A stretch of 58,371 bases of DNA from Clostridia bacterium (GTDB lineage: Bacteria > Bacillota > Clostridia > Christensenellales > UBA1242). The stretch's first letter is position 1; each line of letters opens with the position of its first letter. This document shows, piece by piece, positions 46,352-55,330 of the stretch. The DNA lies in assembly GCA_050872805.1 (NCBI GenBank), contig JBNMHN010000001.1, positions 1 through 58,371 on the forward strand, written 5' to 3'. A program made the position numbers and the translations under genes. The notes beneath the pieces were generated by a model. It did no database searches. It was not told the origin of the DNA and saw only the letters and a list, made by a program, of their open reading frames with translations.

Positions 46352-46816
46352 TTATTTTTCAACCTGTGAATGTTCACGCACATAAAGTGCGCGTTGATTG
46401 CTCAAAATGTCACAATTCTCATTCCCGATACACTTTCTATACTTGCGCAAAATTTCAATCCCGCCTTGAGTATAAAGCGGAGCCCCGTGCGCAACCAACT
46501 TTTTCGCAAAGTTCATATTGTTAATAATAACAGCGTATTCAAGCGGCTCAGCATAAAACATAGAATGCCCGTTATATGCGCGCCCTCCAACCAAAATGTT
46601 GGCATTTTTTTCAAGAAGCAAATCAAAACATTTATTTGATGAACTATTAATCGCTGCAAACACAAAATTGTCCGAACGCAAACTGAGTCCACAATCAATT
46701 AAAACCGTCAACCCCTCAATATCGTCGTTTTCAATTGCTGAATATGCAATAGAGGATGCATCCTCCCCCTTAATCAATCGTTGTATATACCCTTTTAACT
46801 TTGCATTATTTTCCAT
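46352..46816 (-). CDS. ankyrin-repeat-like protein
   Basis: Two or three ankyrin-like units (AAINSSSNKCFDLLLEKNANI, PLEYAVIINNMNFAKKLVAHGAPL). ATG at 46816 after AAGGA, 11 nt downstream of tilS. Confidence 0.5.
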   Translation of the reverse strand: MENNAKLKGYIQRLIKGEDASSIAYSAIENDDIEGLTVLIDCGLSLRSDNFVFAAINSSSNKCFDLLLEKNANILVGGRAYNGHSMFYAEPLEYAVIINNMNFAKKLVAHGAPLYTQGGIEILRKYRKCIGNENCDILSNQRALYVREHSQVEK

Positions 46817-46827
46817 TATCAATCCTT

Positions 46828-48162
46828 TTAGTCCTTTTTCAAAGTCACTTCATAAATGTTTTTGCTGTCCATATCAATGCGAACTTTGTCACTAATTTCG
46901 ACATCGGAAACAACAAACACTTCTTCATCCGTCGCAAGCAGCGGCAAATTATCTCTGAGCCTTGCAGGAACCTTTTTGTTGACAAGGAAACTCTTTAACT
47001 TCTTTGTTCCACCACCAAATTTTTCAAAAACATCGCCGTCGCGCCTAAATCTCCACACGACACCTTTTGGCAGTTTGTCGGCGTCAAACTTCAGCACGCC
47101 CTCACGCATTGTAGCGTCACTAGTGCGCTTAATAATTAGCGTTCCCAGCCCGTCGATTTTTATGCGCCCTGAGCGGAACGCCCACGTTTGCGCATTGGCT
47201 TTCGACTTCTTTTGAAAAATCGTTATATAATCATATTCACAAACTGCGAAAATCTTGTTAGGAAGCGAAATTTTTGAGCCATTTTCGCCCATTTTTGCAA
47301 GCGCCTTTATCATTTCAATATGTTTTGCCTCAATGTCGGCATAAACGTTAAGGCTAGTAAACGCGTGCCTAATCATACGATTGACAATAGGTTCGGGGTA
47401 CACAAAGTAGTTGCGTGGCAACTTGACGACACCGTTTTCAACGATAACCGCGTCAAGATTGACAAGCGAATCAATGTATTCGTCGTCCTTTTTGCAAATC
47501 GCGCCAAAGTTGGCAAGATTTTCTTGGCAGTTTGGAAACTTTGTCTCTAGCATAGGGAAAATTTCATTGCGAATGAAATTGCGCGTATATGTACTATCTG
47601 CGTTGGTTTCGTCCTCAACAAACGTTAGTGCGTTTTCAGCAATGTATTCGTCAATCTCCTTGCGTGAAACGTTGAGCATTGGACGAATGAATATTCCCTC
47701 GCTCGACATCGCCATACCGCTAGCCCCGTTCAGCCCCGCGCCACGCAAAATGTGCATAAGCACAGTTTCCGCTTGGTCGCTCATATGATGCCCCAGCGCG
47801 ATTTTGTCAACAAGCCCTTTCTTTATAAGCGCGCGAAACATTTCGTAGCGCCCCTCGCGTGCCGCCTGCTCAAGCGTCAAGTGACGCGTGCGCGCCAAAT
47901 TGTATGAATCGATGACAAACTTGTAGCACCTAATGCGATTTTCTTTGCAAAACTCCGCCACAAAACGCGTGTCACGGTCGGACGTATCGCGAATGCTGTG
48001 GTTGATGTTGACACACACAACCTCAATGTCCAATTCTTCGCGAACCAAGTTCAAATAGTTTAGCAAACTAATACTATCCCTGCCGCCACTGCACGCCACG
48101 CCGATGATGTCGCCCGCTTTTGTAATTGCTTTCATATTGTCGTAAACTTTCTTAAATGTCAT
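46828..48162 (-). CDS. tilS: tRNA(Ile)-lysidine synthetase
   Basis: PP-loop SGGRDS. TilS substrate-binding and C-terminal domains. ATG at 48162 after GGAG. The ORF-track start at 48264 is unsupported. Confidence 0.88.
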   Translation of the reverse strand: MTFKKVYDNMKAITKAGDIIGVACSGGRDSISLLNYLNLVREELDIEVVCVNINHSIRDTSDRDTRFVAEFCKENRIRCYKFVIDSYNLARTRHLTLEQAAREGRYEMFRALIKKGLVDKIALGHHMSDQAETVLMHILRGAGLNGASGMAMSSEGIFIRPMLNVSRKEIDEYIAENALTFVEDETNADSTYTRNFIRNEIFPMLETKFPNCQENLANFGAICKKDDEYIDSLVNLDAVIVENGVVKLPRNYFVYPEPIVNRMIRHAFTSLNVYADIEAKHIEMIKALAKMGENGSKISLPNKIFAVCEYDYITIFQKKSKANAQTWAFRSGRIKIDGLGTLIIKRTSDATMREGVLKFDADKLPKGVVWRFRRDGDVFEKFGGGTKKLKSFLVNKKVPARLRDNLPLLATDEEVFVVSDVEISDKVRIDMDSKNIYEVTLKKD

Positions 48163-48270
48163 ATCTTTTTTTCTCCGCGAGATATTATATAACATATTTT
48201 GCAAAATATCAAGAGTTATGTACATATTTATAATGAAAACCTCATTTTCTTCTTTCTTTCTCAAAAAAAT

Positions 48271-48344
48271 TTCCTCCTAAATGCTTGACTATTCTCCTAT
48301 TTTTGCATATAATTTAGGAGAATAATGCGAGGAATTAGGAGAAT
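48271..48344 (+). promoter_or_regulatory. fic promoter TTGACT-17-TATAAT embedded in nested inverted repeats of TTCTCCTAA
   Basis: TTGACT at 48285-48290 and TATAAT at 48308-48313. ATTCTCCTA (48291-48299) pairs with TAGGAGAAT (48315-48323). Further copies at 48271-48281 and 48335-48344. Confidence 0.6.
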
Positions 48345-49389
48345 GAAAACTTTTAATTATACAAATTTAAAGAACACTAAGTGGGACAATGAGATTGTTG
48401 CATATATTGCACAAATTCACGAACACAAGGCAAAGCAAGAATTATATTTAAAGCAAAAGCCACAAGAACTACAAAAACTTGTCGACATTGCAAAGGTGCA
48501 AAGCACGCTAAGTTCTAATGCTATTGAGGGCATCAGGACAACAAATACGCGGCTAAAACAACTTGTCAATGAAAAGACAACGCCCAAAAATAGAGATGAA
48601 GAAGAAATTGCGGGCTACCGCGATGTTTTGGAAACAATTCACGCAAGTTTTGAGTATATACCCATTACGCCAAATTATATTTTGCAACTTCATAAAATGC
48701 TATATAGCCATTCTTCAAAAACAATTGGTGGAACTTTTAAAAATGTGCAAAACTATATAAGCGGCACCGATGCAAACGGTCAAACTTATACAATTTTCAC
48801 GCCCCTACCGCCATTTGAAACGCCTATTGCTATTGAAAACATTTGCAATGAGTTTAACAAAACAATCGCGGAAAATGAAGTTGACCCGCTCATTTTGATA
48901 CCGATTTTCATACACGACTTTTTGTGTATTCACCCATTTTTAGACGGCAATGGTAGAATGAGCCGCTTACTAACAACGCTGCTGCTTTATAGGTGCGGCT
49001 ATATGGTTGGAAAATATATTTCACTTGAAGCCAAAATCGCGAAGAACAAGAGTCTATACTATGACGCGCTCAAGCAATCGCAAGAGAATTGGCACATTGG
49101 CAAAGACAACCCCGAAAGTTTTATCAAATATTTGCTAGGAACAATTATATCTGCTTATAGAGATTTTGAAGAAAGGGTTGATATTGTATCATCAAAATCT
49201 ACCGCACTCGAGATGGTTAGAAAAGCAGTAACCACAATTATCGGTAAATTTAACAAGTCATCAATTATTGACCTGTGCCCTAGTTTGAGTGTTAAATCTA
49301 TTGAAAGTTCACTCAAAAAACTTGTAGATGAAGACTTTATAGAAAAACAAGGCTCAGGCAAAAACACCTACTATATTAGAAAAAATTAA
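48325..49389 (+). CDS. Fic family protein (class II, N-terminal inhibitory helix, C-terminal wHTH)
   Basis: Active-site HPFLDGNGRMSR. Inhibitory motif SNAIEG, i.e. (S/T)xxxE(G/N). An alternative in-frame start exists at 48343. Confidence 0.88.
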   Translation: MRGIRRMKTFNYTNLKNTKWDNEIVAYIAQIHEHKAKQELYLKQKPQELQKLVDIAKVQSTLSSNAIEGIRTTNTRLKQLVNEKTTPKNRDEEEIAGYRDVLETIHASFEYIPITPNYILQLHKMLYSHSSKTIGGTFKNVQNYISGTDANGQTYTIFTPLPPFETPIAIENICNEFNKTIAENEVDPLILIPIFIHDFLCIHPFLDGNGRMSRLLTTLLLYRCGYMVGKYISLEAKIAKNKSLYYDALKQSQENWHIGKDNPESFIKYLLGTIISAYRDFEERVDIVSSKSTALEMVRKAVTTIIGKFNKSSIIDLCPSLSVKSIESSLKKLVDEDFIEKQGSGKNTYYIRKN

Positions 49390-49403
49390 TATTCATAAAA
49401 ATC

Positions 49404-49455
49404 AAAAAAAGAGACCACATTGACAACTAATTCAATGCGGTCTCTTTCTTTTTTA
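49404..49455. terminator. bidirectional terminator
   Basis: A-run, AGAGACCACATTG...CAATGCGGTCTCT, T-run. Confidence 0.7.
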
Positions 49456-49539
49456 TTTGTTTTCCCCTTTCGAGGTATTATTAAGGTTTTCATTTTTACT
49501 TTTTTAAGAGTTTCAAATTTTAAAGTTTTTCATTTTTTA

Positions 49540-52245
49540 TTATTTTTTGCTCTTTCCAATCGTATTTTTGCGCGTAATCAGTATAATTGCGGCACAAATG
49601 CCGACGACTGCCAAAATGATTACTGTTGCCAAAACAATTTCAAGCGCGGATGACTTTTTGTCATTGTCCACTACCTTTGCGACTGTTTCGTTTTGCGCAA
49701 ATTGTTCGTTTAGATTTTCAATTTTGTTTGTGCTTTCATAGTTTGCGACGCTAGTTGCGACAAAGGCAATTTTGATTTCGTTTTCGCTCTTCAATGCGTC
49801 GTATGAAAGGCTAAATATATTGTCGACAACGTCGACTTTCTTTTGGTTGAGCAAAACATAGTCGACTTGCATACCGTCGTTTGGCGTGAGCGTATACTCA
49901 ATTGTTTCGCCCGATTTTAGCATTGCGACGCCGTTTACTTCGGCTGTGCCGATTTTAGCGGACACTTTGCCGCCGACTGTTGTTTGATAGGCATAAACAT
50001 TTTTTGTTTCGCTTGTGACTTTGCTGCTGTCAACTGCCATAACCATAAATGGGCTGAACGAGTTGACGACGACCACAAGCCCATACTCAGTGACAACGCA
50101 AGGAATTTCCTCAGTTTGCGTCGGGTCAATTTTGCCGTCTGCGCCCTTTTTGAAGTGGTAAACCTTGAATGTCGTGCCTTTGTTTTCTGGTCCATACCCT
50201 TCTGGGAACCCAAACGCGAGTTTCATATACGAGCCTGCTGGTATTTCTTGCAGCACACCACAAATGTGCAAGTCGAGTTCAAACGTAGCGCTTGCCTTGA
50301 CGTCCTTTGCGTCGATGCCTGCAGCCTCAATCGAACTATCCATCATATCGCTAGCAGTTTTGCTATCAGGCTTTGTTGCGACAAGCACAAGTTGACTTCT
50401 TTGATTTTCGGCAACTTGTTTGCCGTCCTTGTCGACAAATCCCGTCATACTCAAGTCTTGGTTGTCAATCAAAGTTGGCTCGCCGTAGATGTTCATATAC
50501 AATCTGCCGTCGTTGTAAACCTTGCTGCACACTGACCACGGTTTTGCGAATGTGAAACTTGCGGCGCGTGGTGCAGCGTTGCTTGTTTTGCCGACAATGT
50601 TTGTTGGCGTGATGTAGTAGTTGAGCAAGTCGTGTTTATACATTTTGCTTGGCGTCAATGTGAAACTGATTGTTTTATTTCCGTCGAAAACAATGTTTTC
50701 GATTTTGACAAAACTTTGCAAATCACTGTCTTTTGTGCTGTAAATGCTAATTCCAACCGCCTTGCTCTCGTCCACTTTTTTGAGTTCGGCATCATATTCG
50801 ATTTTCATATCGTATGTATTGCCCGCATCCAAAATTGCGGAGTTGGACGGCATCATATTGCGTGGGAATGGTGAACGCGGAACTGCGTTGTAAAATTCAT
50901 TGTATATGATGTCACTTTTTGCCAAAACAAGGTCTTGTTTAAGCGAATTATATGTGCCAAACTGAGTGTCGTCAGGCGCTTGTGTTGTTGCGACAAAGTG
51001 CATATTTTTGACATTTGTGTTGAACGGCATTTTGTCCTCAATTCCGTATGCTTCAAGTGAGGCGAATTTTTGCCAGCCCTCGTCCGTTTCATTTGCGCAG
51101 GCAATGTATATGCCTTCTTCTTTTAATTGCTTTGCGTTTTTACCATTATAGAGAACTGTAATTGTCGAACTTTCATATTCGGTTTCACTTTTCTTTGCGC
51201 CGTATTCAATTTTGGTTGTCAATTCCTCACAACCATAACTATATGTAGCAAGTGTTGGGTACTTGAACTCAAAACCCGATTGCGAAATGACGCCATTTTC
51301 GACATATCTACTAGCGTACTCTGCGCCAAGCAACAAGTAATCTTCTTTATAACTTGCTGCGTCATTGTATGTGCAGTCGACAAGATACCATTTGCCGTCG
51401 AGTGAAACATAGTTCCACGCGTGTGGCTCAAGATTGTTAAATTCATCATAGACGTAACCGACGACTTCAACACACGGAATGCCTTGCGTATCCATTAGCA
51501 ATTTGAATGCGCGCGCATAGCCTTCACACACTGCCTTGCCGTTGATGAGCGCGCCATAAGGCGTGCGAATTGCGGAAGCAAGCGCCGCGTCATCCGCGCA
51601 AAAACCGTAGGTCACAAGCGAGCAAATGAACGTGTTTGCAAGCGCGACTTTTTCTTTTGGCGTTGCTTTCAAGTCTAGTTCCGCCTTTAGTTCCGCAACT
51701 TTAGCGTCAAACGCCGTCTTTGCGCTAGCAACATCCGTAGCGGTGCTAAAGCCGCCGTTTATATAATAACTCCCGTATCTACCCGCGTCAATGCTAGCAA
51801 GATACTTTCCGTTTTGGGCGGCGAAACTAAGCGCTAGCGCGTCGAAATCTACATAAAAGATTTCAGGGTGTTCAAGAAAATAAGCATCTCTGCCCGCGCC
51901 AAAGTCCTTGAGGACTTGGCTTGCGCCGTTTTGATACGCCTTGACATCGGCTTCGGTCAAAACCTTGTTTTCGATAAGGTTGTATTTTCCGTTGCCGCTA
52001 TCTAGTGCGCCCGACGTGTTCATTGCGTCAATCGCGGTGTAAAACTTCTTTGCGTTTGCGTTTAGTTGATTGTAATAACTAAACGCGTTTTCCACGCTTG
52101 CGTCCGCGCCCCCAACCTTTGGCGGCAAGAAGCAAAGCAGCGCGCAAAGCGCAAACACGCACATTGCAATAGCCGCAATGACGCTATATTTGTTTTTTCT
52201 GTATTTGTTTGTTGCATTTTTTGCCATAACAATATTTTCCTCCAT
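49540..52245 (-). CDS. transglutaminase-like (Cys-His-Asp core) surface protein with N- and C-terminal TM segments
   Basis: GKAVCEGYARAF...EPHAWNYV...LVDCT catalytic-core pattern. C-terminal TM + RKNTIGKSKK. The start could be 52245 or 52227. Confidence 0.8.
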   Translation of the reverse strand: MEENIVMAKNATNKYRKNKYSVIAAIAMCVFALCALLCFLPPKVGGADASVENAFSYYNQLNANAKKFYTAIDAMNTSGALDSGNGKYNLIENKVLTEADVKAYQNGASQVLKDFGAGRDAYFLEHPEIFYVDFDALALSFAAQNGKYLASIDAGRYGSYYINGGFSTATDVASAKTAFDAKVAELKAELDLKATPKEKVALANTFICSLVTYGFCADDAALASAIRTPYGALINGKAVCEGYARAFKLLMDTQGIPCVEVVGYVYDEFNNLEPHAWNYVSLDGKWYLVDCTYNDAASYKEDYLLLGAEYASRYVENGVISQSGFEFKYPTLATYSYGCEELTTKIEYGAKKSETEYESSTITVLYNGKNAKQLKEEGIYIACANETDEGWQKFASLEAYGIEDKMPFNTNVKNMHFVATTQAPDDTQFGTYNSLKQDLVLAKSDIIYNEFYNAVPRSPFPRNMMPSNSAILDAGNTYDMKIEYDAELKKVDESKAVGISIYSTKDSDLQSFVKIENIVFDGNKTISFTLTPSKMYKHDLLNYYITPTNIVGKTSNAAPRAASFTFAKPWSVCSKVYNDGRLYMNIYGEPTLIDNQDLSMTGFVDKDGKQVAENQRSQLVLVATKPDSKTASDMMDSSIEAAGIDAKDVKASATFELDLHICGVLQEIPAGSYMKLAFGFPEGYGPENKGTTFKVYHFKKGADGKIDPTQTEEIPCVVTEYGLVVVVNSFSPFMVMAVDSSKVTSETKNVYAYQTTVGGKVSAKIGTAEVNGVAMLKSGETIEYTLTPNDGMQVDYVLLNQKKVDVVDNIFSLSYDALKSENEIKIAFVATSVANYESTNKIENLNEQFAQNETVAKVVDNDKKSSALEIVLATVIILAVVGICAAIILITRKNTIGKSKK

Positions 52246-52352
52246 TTTTTCTTTTATTATTATATCAATTCTCCTCCCTCTTTGTCAATTAGTTACTTTC
52301 TATTTTTTCTCATTGTCGGTGCGATATAATAAATTGTCCTTTTTATCATTGT

Positions 52353-52651
52353 AAGCCACTCACCCTCTTGTCTTTTTGACCAAAGGCGGAGACGTCTGCC
52401 CTCGCCGCCGCGGAGAGTGCCAGACGGCACAGGTGTGGTTGTTGGTTGGTGCGTATACGTTGTTGTGTGGCGGCAACCAAACCTGCAGTCAAGGCGAGCC
52501 TTGCCGAAAGGGTAACCCGATACATTATGGGTTACATAACCGCCTTGACCGCGCTAGCATATAACTATCATACAAAAAGAACGGCAGTGCGCCGTCCTCA
52601 AAAGTAAATTAAACGTACAAACAGTACTCACAGTCGCGGGGCTTTCCCCGC
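52353..52651 (+). repeat. intergenic mosaic repeat locus R7
   Basis: GCCACTCACCC. CCAAACCTGCAGT + CAAGGCGAGCCTTG. GGTAACCCGATACATTATGGGTTAC...TTGACCGCGCTAGC. One L unit ends in GCGGGGCTTTCCCCGC, 20 nt from the next stop codon. Confidence 0.8.
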
Positions 52652-52671
52652 AAATTGTCATATTGTTAATT

Positions 52672-54003
52672 TCATTTGACAGTGCTGGCGCGCTCAGCGT
52701 CAATGCGAGCAAGGCGCGCTTTTGTTTTTTTAATTTTTTTGTTACCGAACAAAAAGTCGTAGGCAAGCACAAGCAGCCCTTGTATGAGATAAATGTAATA
52801 CTGGAATATGCGGTATATGAGCATCGCCCAAACGACCGTTCCCGACGTCAGGCTGAAGTACGCAAACATCGTGACATACGAAATTTCCGCCACGCCCGCC
52901 GCTCCCGGCCACGGAATGTACGACAGCACCGCATCAATGAGCGTGCACCATATGAACACCGCCGAGTATGTCGCCCAGTCAAAGTGCCCGTTGTTGAACA
53001 TACAAACAACGCACGCGGGTATCATAAATTTGACGACAATGTTCAAAAACGACATCACAAGCATCGTAATCATAACGAAAAAGTTTGACATAAAGTAGCG
53101 GAACGTCTTTTGATACTCCGAAACAAAACGCATAACTTTGCGGAAAAGCGCCGTGTAGTCCTTGATAATGTGCATTTTGTGCAGTAGTTTCAAAATCCAA
53201 ATCGTCAGCGTCGGCCCCACTTTTTTACTGACCGACAGCAGGAACACAAACGCCATAATCGTCGTGTTCAAAACCACGCCAACGACTGCCGCCGTGAACA
53301 CAGTCGGGTCAAGCCCGCCCGCAATTTTTTTGCTGAAAATCAGCACGCTTATCGACACCAAAACCGCGACAATTTGGTTGAAAATATAAACCGCAAACGG
53401 AATCGACGACGCCGTACTGCCCTTGATTCCGCGTTTTGCCATATAGTAAATTTGGAAAGGTTGCCCGCCCGTCGCAAGCGGCGTTATGTTGTCATAGTAG
53501 CGCCCGAGCGCCATCGTCTTGTAACTTAGAAAAGGACGCGAATGTTTTGTAGAGCGCAAAATGAGCAGCCACCAACGGAATGTGTCCGTCGCCATAAGCA
53601 GCGCAAAACACCCGAGCGCCCCAAGCAAGTACCAAAAGTTTGCCACCGCGAACATATCACCAAAGGACGCCATACTGTCGTCCTTGAGGCTCTGCGTGAT
53701 GATGATGACCGCAATAATAGCAATGTTGACAATAAAGAAAATCAGGCTGAGAATCTTTGATTTTTTGCTCTTTTGTTTTTTAGTTTTTTCTTCCGCCTCA
53801 ATGACAGCCTGTTCCGCAATCTGCTCTTGCGTAGCAATGTCTTCAGGCTCTTTGTAAACCGTCAGCATCTCATCAAGCGGTTTAGTCTTGCCCTTGCAAA
53901 CAAAAAGCGCGCCGTGCTTACACTTTAAATGCACATTTTTTTTGATGACGCCCTTTTGAACGCGCAAGGTCTCCTTTTCAATATTTTTGTCGTTTTCTGC
54001 CAT
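52672..54003 (-). CDS. lysylphosphatidylglycerol-synthase-TM / flippase-like (UPF0104) membrane protein
   Basis: Multi-TM with a GRYYDNITPLATGGQPFQIYY-type motif. ATG at 54003. The upstream ORF-track extension is unsupported. Confidence 0.65.
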   Translation of the reverse strand: MAENDKNIEKETLRVQKGVIKKNVHLKCKHGALFVCKGKTKPLDEMLTVYKEPEDIATQEQIAEQAVIEAEEKTKKQKSKKSKILSLIFFIVNIAIIAVIIITQSLKDDSMASFGDMFAVANFWYLLGALGCFALLMATDTFRWWLLILRSTKHSRPFLSYKTMALGRYYDNITPLATGGQPFQIYYMAKRGIKGSTASSIPFAVYIFNQIVAVLVSISVLIFSKKIAGGLDPTVFTAAVVGVVLNTTIMAFVFLLSVSKKVGPTLTIWILKLLHKMHIIKDYTALFRKVMRFVSEYQKTFRYFMSNFFVMITMLVMSFLNIVVKFMIPACVVCMFNNGHFDWATYSAVFIWCTLIDAVLSYIPWPGAAGVAEISYVTMFAYFSLTSGTVVWAMLIYRIFQYYIYLIQGLLVLAYDFLFGNKKIKKTKARLARIDAERASTVK

Positions 54004-54162
54004 TTGCCCATCAACCTTTTCACTTAGTACTAGTATAATAGCAAAAAAACATTTTTTTGTCAACATAAACTCAAGGTAAACGCCATTTTTGTTGTGGTTT
54101 AGAACGCTTAATATTGACAATACGTCCTATCTAGTAATTAATTTTAACATTTAATAAGACAA

Positions 54163-54570
54163 ACCTTGCGAGAGCGGCAACCTGTTACATTATGGGTTAC
54201 CCCAAAAATTTGACCGCGCCAGCCTACAAATAAAGAAAACTATTGTAAAAGTGGTAAGTCACCCACCCCCATCGTCATTGCGAGGCAGTCAATGGAATAT
54301 TGTGCCACTACTTGCGCTTATCGCTCCAACTGACACATTAGGTACGTCTGCCTATGCGAACCCGCCCATCCCTTGACAACGTGGCAATCTCCCGGAAGGG
54401 CAACCCGATACATTATGAGCGAGTTTACACATTGACCGCGCTAGCAAACATAAAAGGTACATAGCAAATTAACTATGTACCTACTTTCATATAAAGTCAC
54501 TCACCAAACCTGCAGCAGCGGCCTATGCCGCCCAAACCTGCAGCCGTGCGCTTTCGCACCACATCGTCCA
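54163..54570 (+). repeat. intergenic mosaic repeat locus R8
   Basis: Two T modules (GCAACCTGTTACATTATGGGTTAC..TTTGACCGCGCCAGC and GCAACCCGATACATTATGAG..ATTGACCGCGCTAGC). Palindrome GGTACATAGCAAATTAACTATGTACC. CACTCACCAAACCTGCAGC-GCGGCCTATGCCGC-CCAAACCTGCAGC-GTGCGCTTTCGCAC. Confidence 0.85.
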
Positions 54571-54816
54571 AAAGCCTGACACCTTTGCAAAGATTATGGT
54601 CAAAAAACCTGACACCTCCTTGACAAACCCCAGCAAAATATTGCGCAATACTCAAACAATTATGCCAAGCCCAAAATCAAAAAAATGCTACTACTCAATC
54701 CCTAAACAACTTTATCGCGGACTTCAAACCGCCATATGCCTACAAGTTTATTAGCGGTAATATCGGCGTCGACGGCGTCAAAGTTACGCTGCCACTTTAT
54801 ATGGCAATGTTTATCT

Positions 54817-54855
54817 AAAAATATCAAATGTTTTGACAAAACATTTGATATTTTT
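54817..54855. terminator. perfect 18-bp-arm hairpin terminator
   Basis: AAAAATATCAAATGTTTT-GAC-AAAACATTTGATATTTTT, immediately downstream of the 54862 stop. Confidence 0.7.
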
Positions 54856-54861
54856 ATTATG

Positions 54862-55197
54862 TTATTTTCTTATTATCACAGATTCAAACCATTGTTCTTG
54901 AAACTCTGTAAGGGCACGAATTTGTTCGTCGGTGTAATTTTTACCTTTCGCCACGACAACCAATTTATCATCGTCGTCATTAGTTCTATGTATTATTGCA
55001 ATAACTTCGCCTTCAAATTCTTCCAAAGGGCTATGCTCACCTAGCACATAGGCATCTAATTCTTCCCCGTCTCCAGAAACCGTGTTTGGAATGTATCCAT
55101 AATTAACTTCGTAAATAAACCCGTGTTTAGGGTGTTTTGTTCCAAGCGGTCTATCCATTTTTACTTTTACAGTCTGCCCTAGATAATTTTCGTTCAT
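54862..55197 (-). CDS. short inorganic pyrophosphatase-like protein
   Basis: The SGDGEELDAYVLG segment resembles the family I PPase D-x-D-x-x-D signature. ATG at 55197 after GGAGG. Confidence 0.5.
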   Translation of the reverse strand: MNENYLGQTVKVKMDRPLGTKHPKHGFIYEVNYGYIPNTVSGDGEELDAYVLGEHSPLEEFEGEVIAIIHRTNDDDDKLVVVAKGKNYTDEQIRALTEFQEQWFESVIIRK

Positions 55198-55210
55198 AAT
55201 AACCTCCAAC

Positions 55211-55253
55211 AAAAAATAAAGTGAAATTGCCAGCGTTTCAAAGCAATTTCACT
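55211..55253 (-). terminator. intrinsic terminator-like hairpin between a consensus promoter and the RBS of the PPase-like gene
   Basis: Minus strand: AGTGAAATTGC-loop-GCAATTTCACT followed by TTTATTTTTT, then GGAGG. Confidence 0.6.
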
Positions 55254-55264
55254 TGTATAAAGAT

Positions 55265-55293
55265 ATTATATACCACGACACAAAATTTGTCAA
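55265..55293 (-). promoter_or_regulatory. consensus sigma-A promoter TTGACA-17-TATAAT
   Basis: Minus strand: TTGACA (55293-55288), 17-nt spacer, TATAAT (55270-55265). Confidence 0.6.
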
Positions 55294-55330
55294 ACATTTT
55301 TATAGCCAACTAAAAATAATTTATTCAATT

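Noticed and set aside
48163-48264. Upstream extension of tilS (ORF-track start at 48264)
   Set aside because: The extension has no homology-like features. The conserved TilS N-terminus starts at MTFKKVY (48162), which has a GGAG upstream.
54736-55044. 102-aa plus-strand ORF
   Set aside because: It crosses the perfect 18-bp-arm terminator and runs antisense into the pyrophosphatase-like gene. No RBS.
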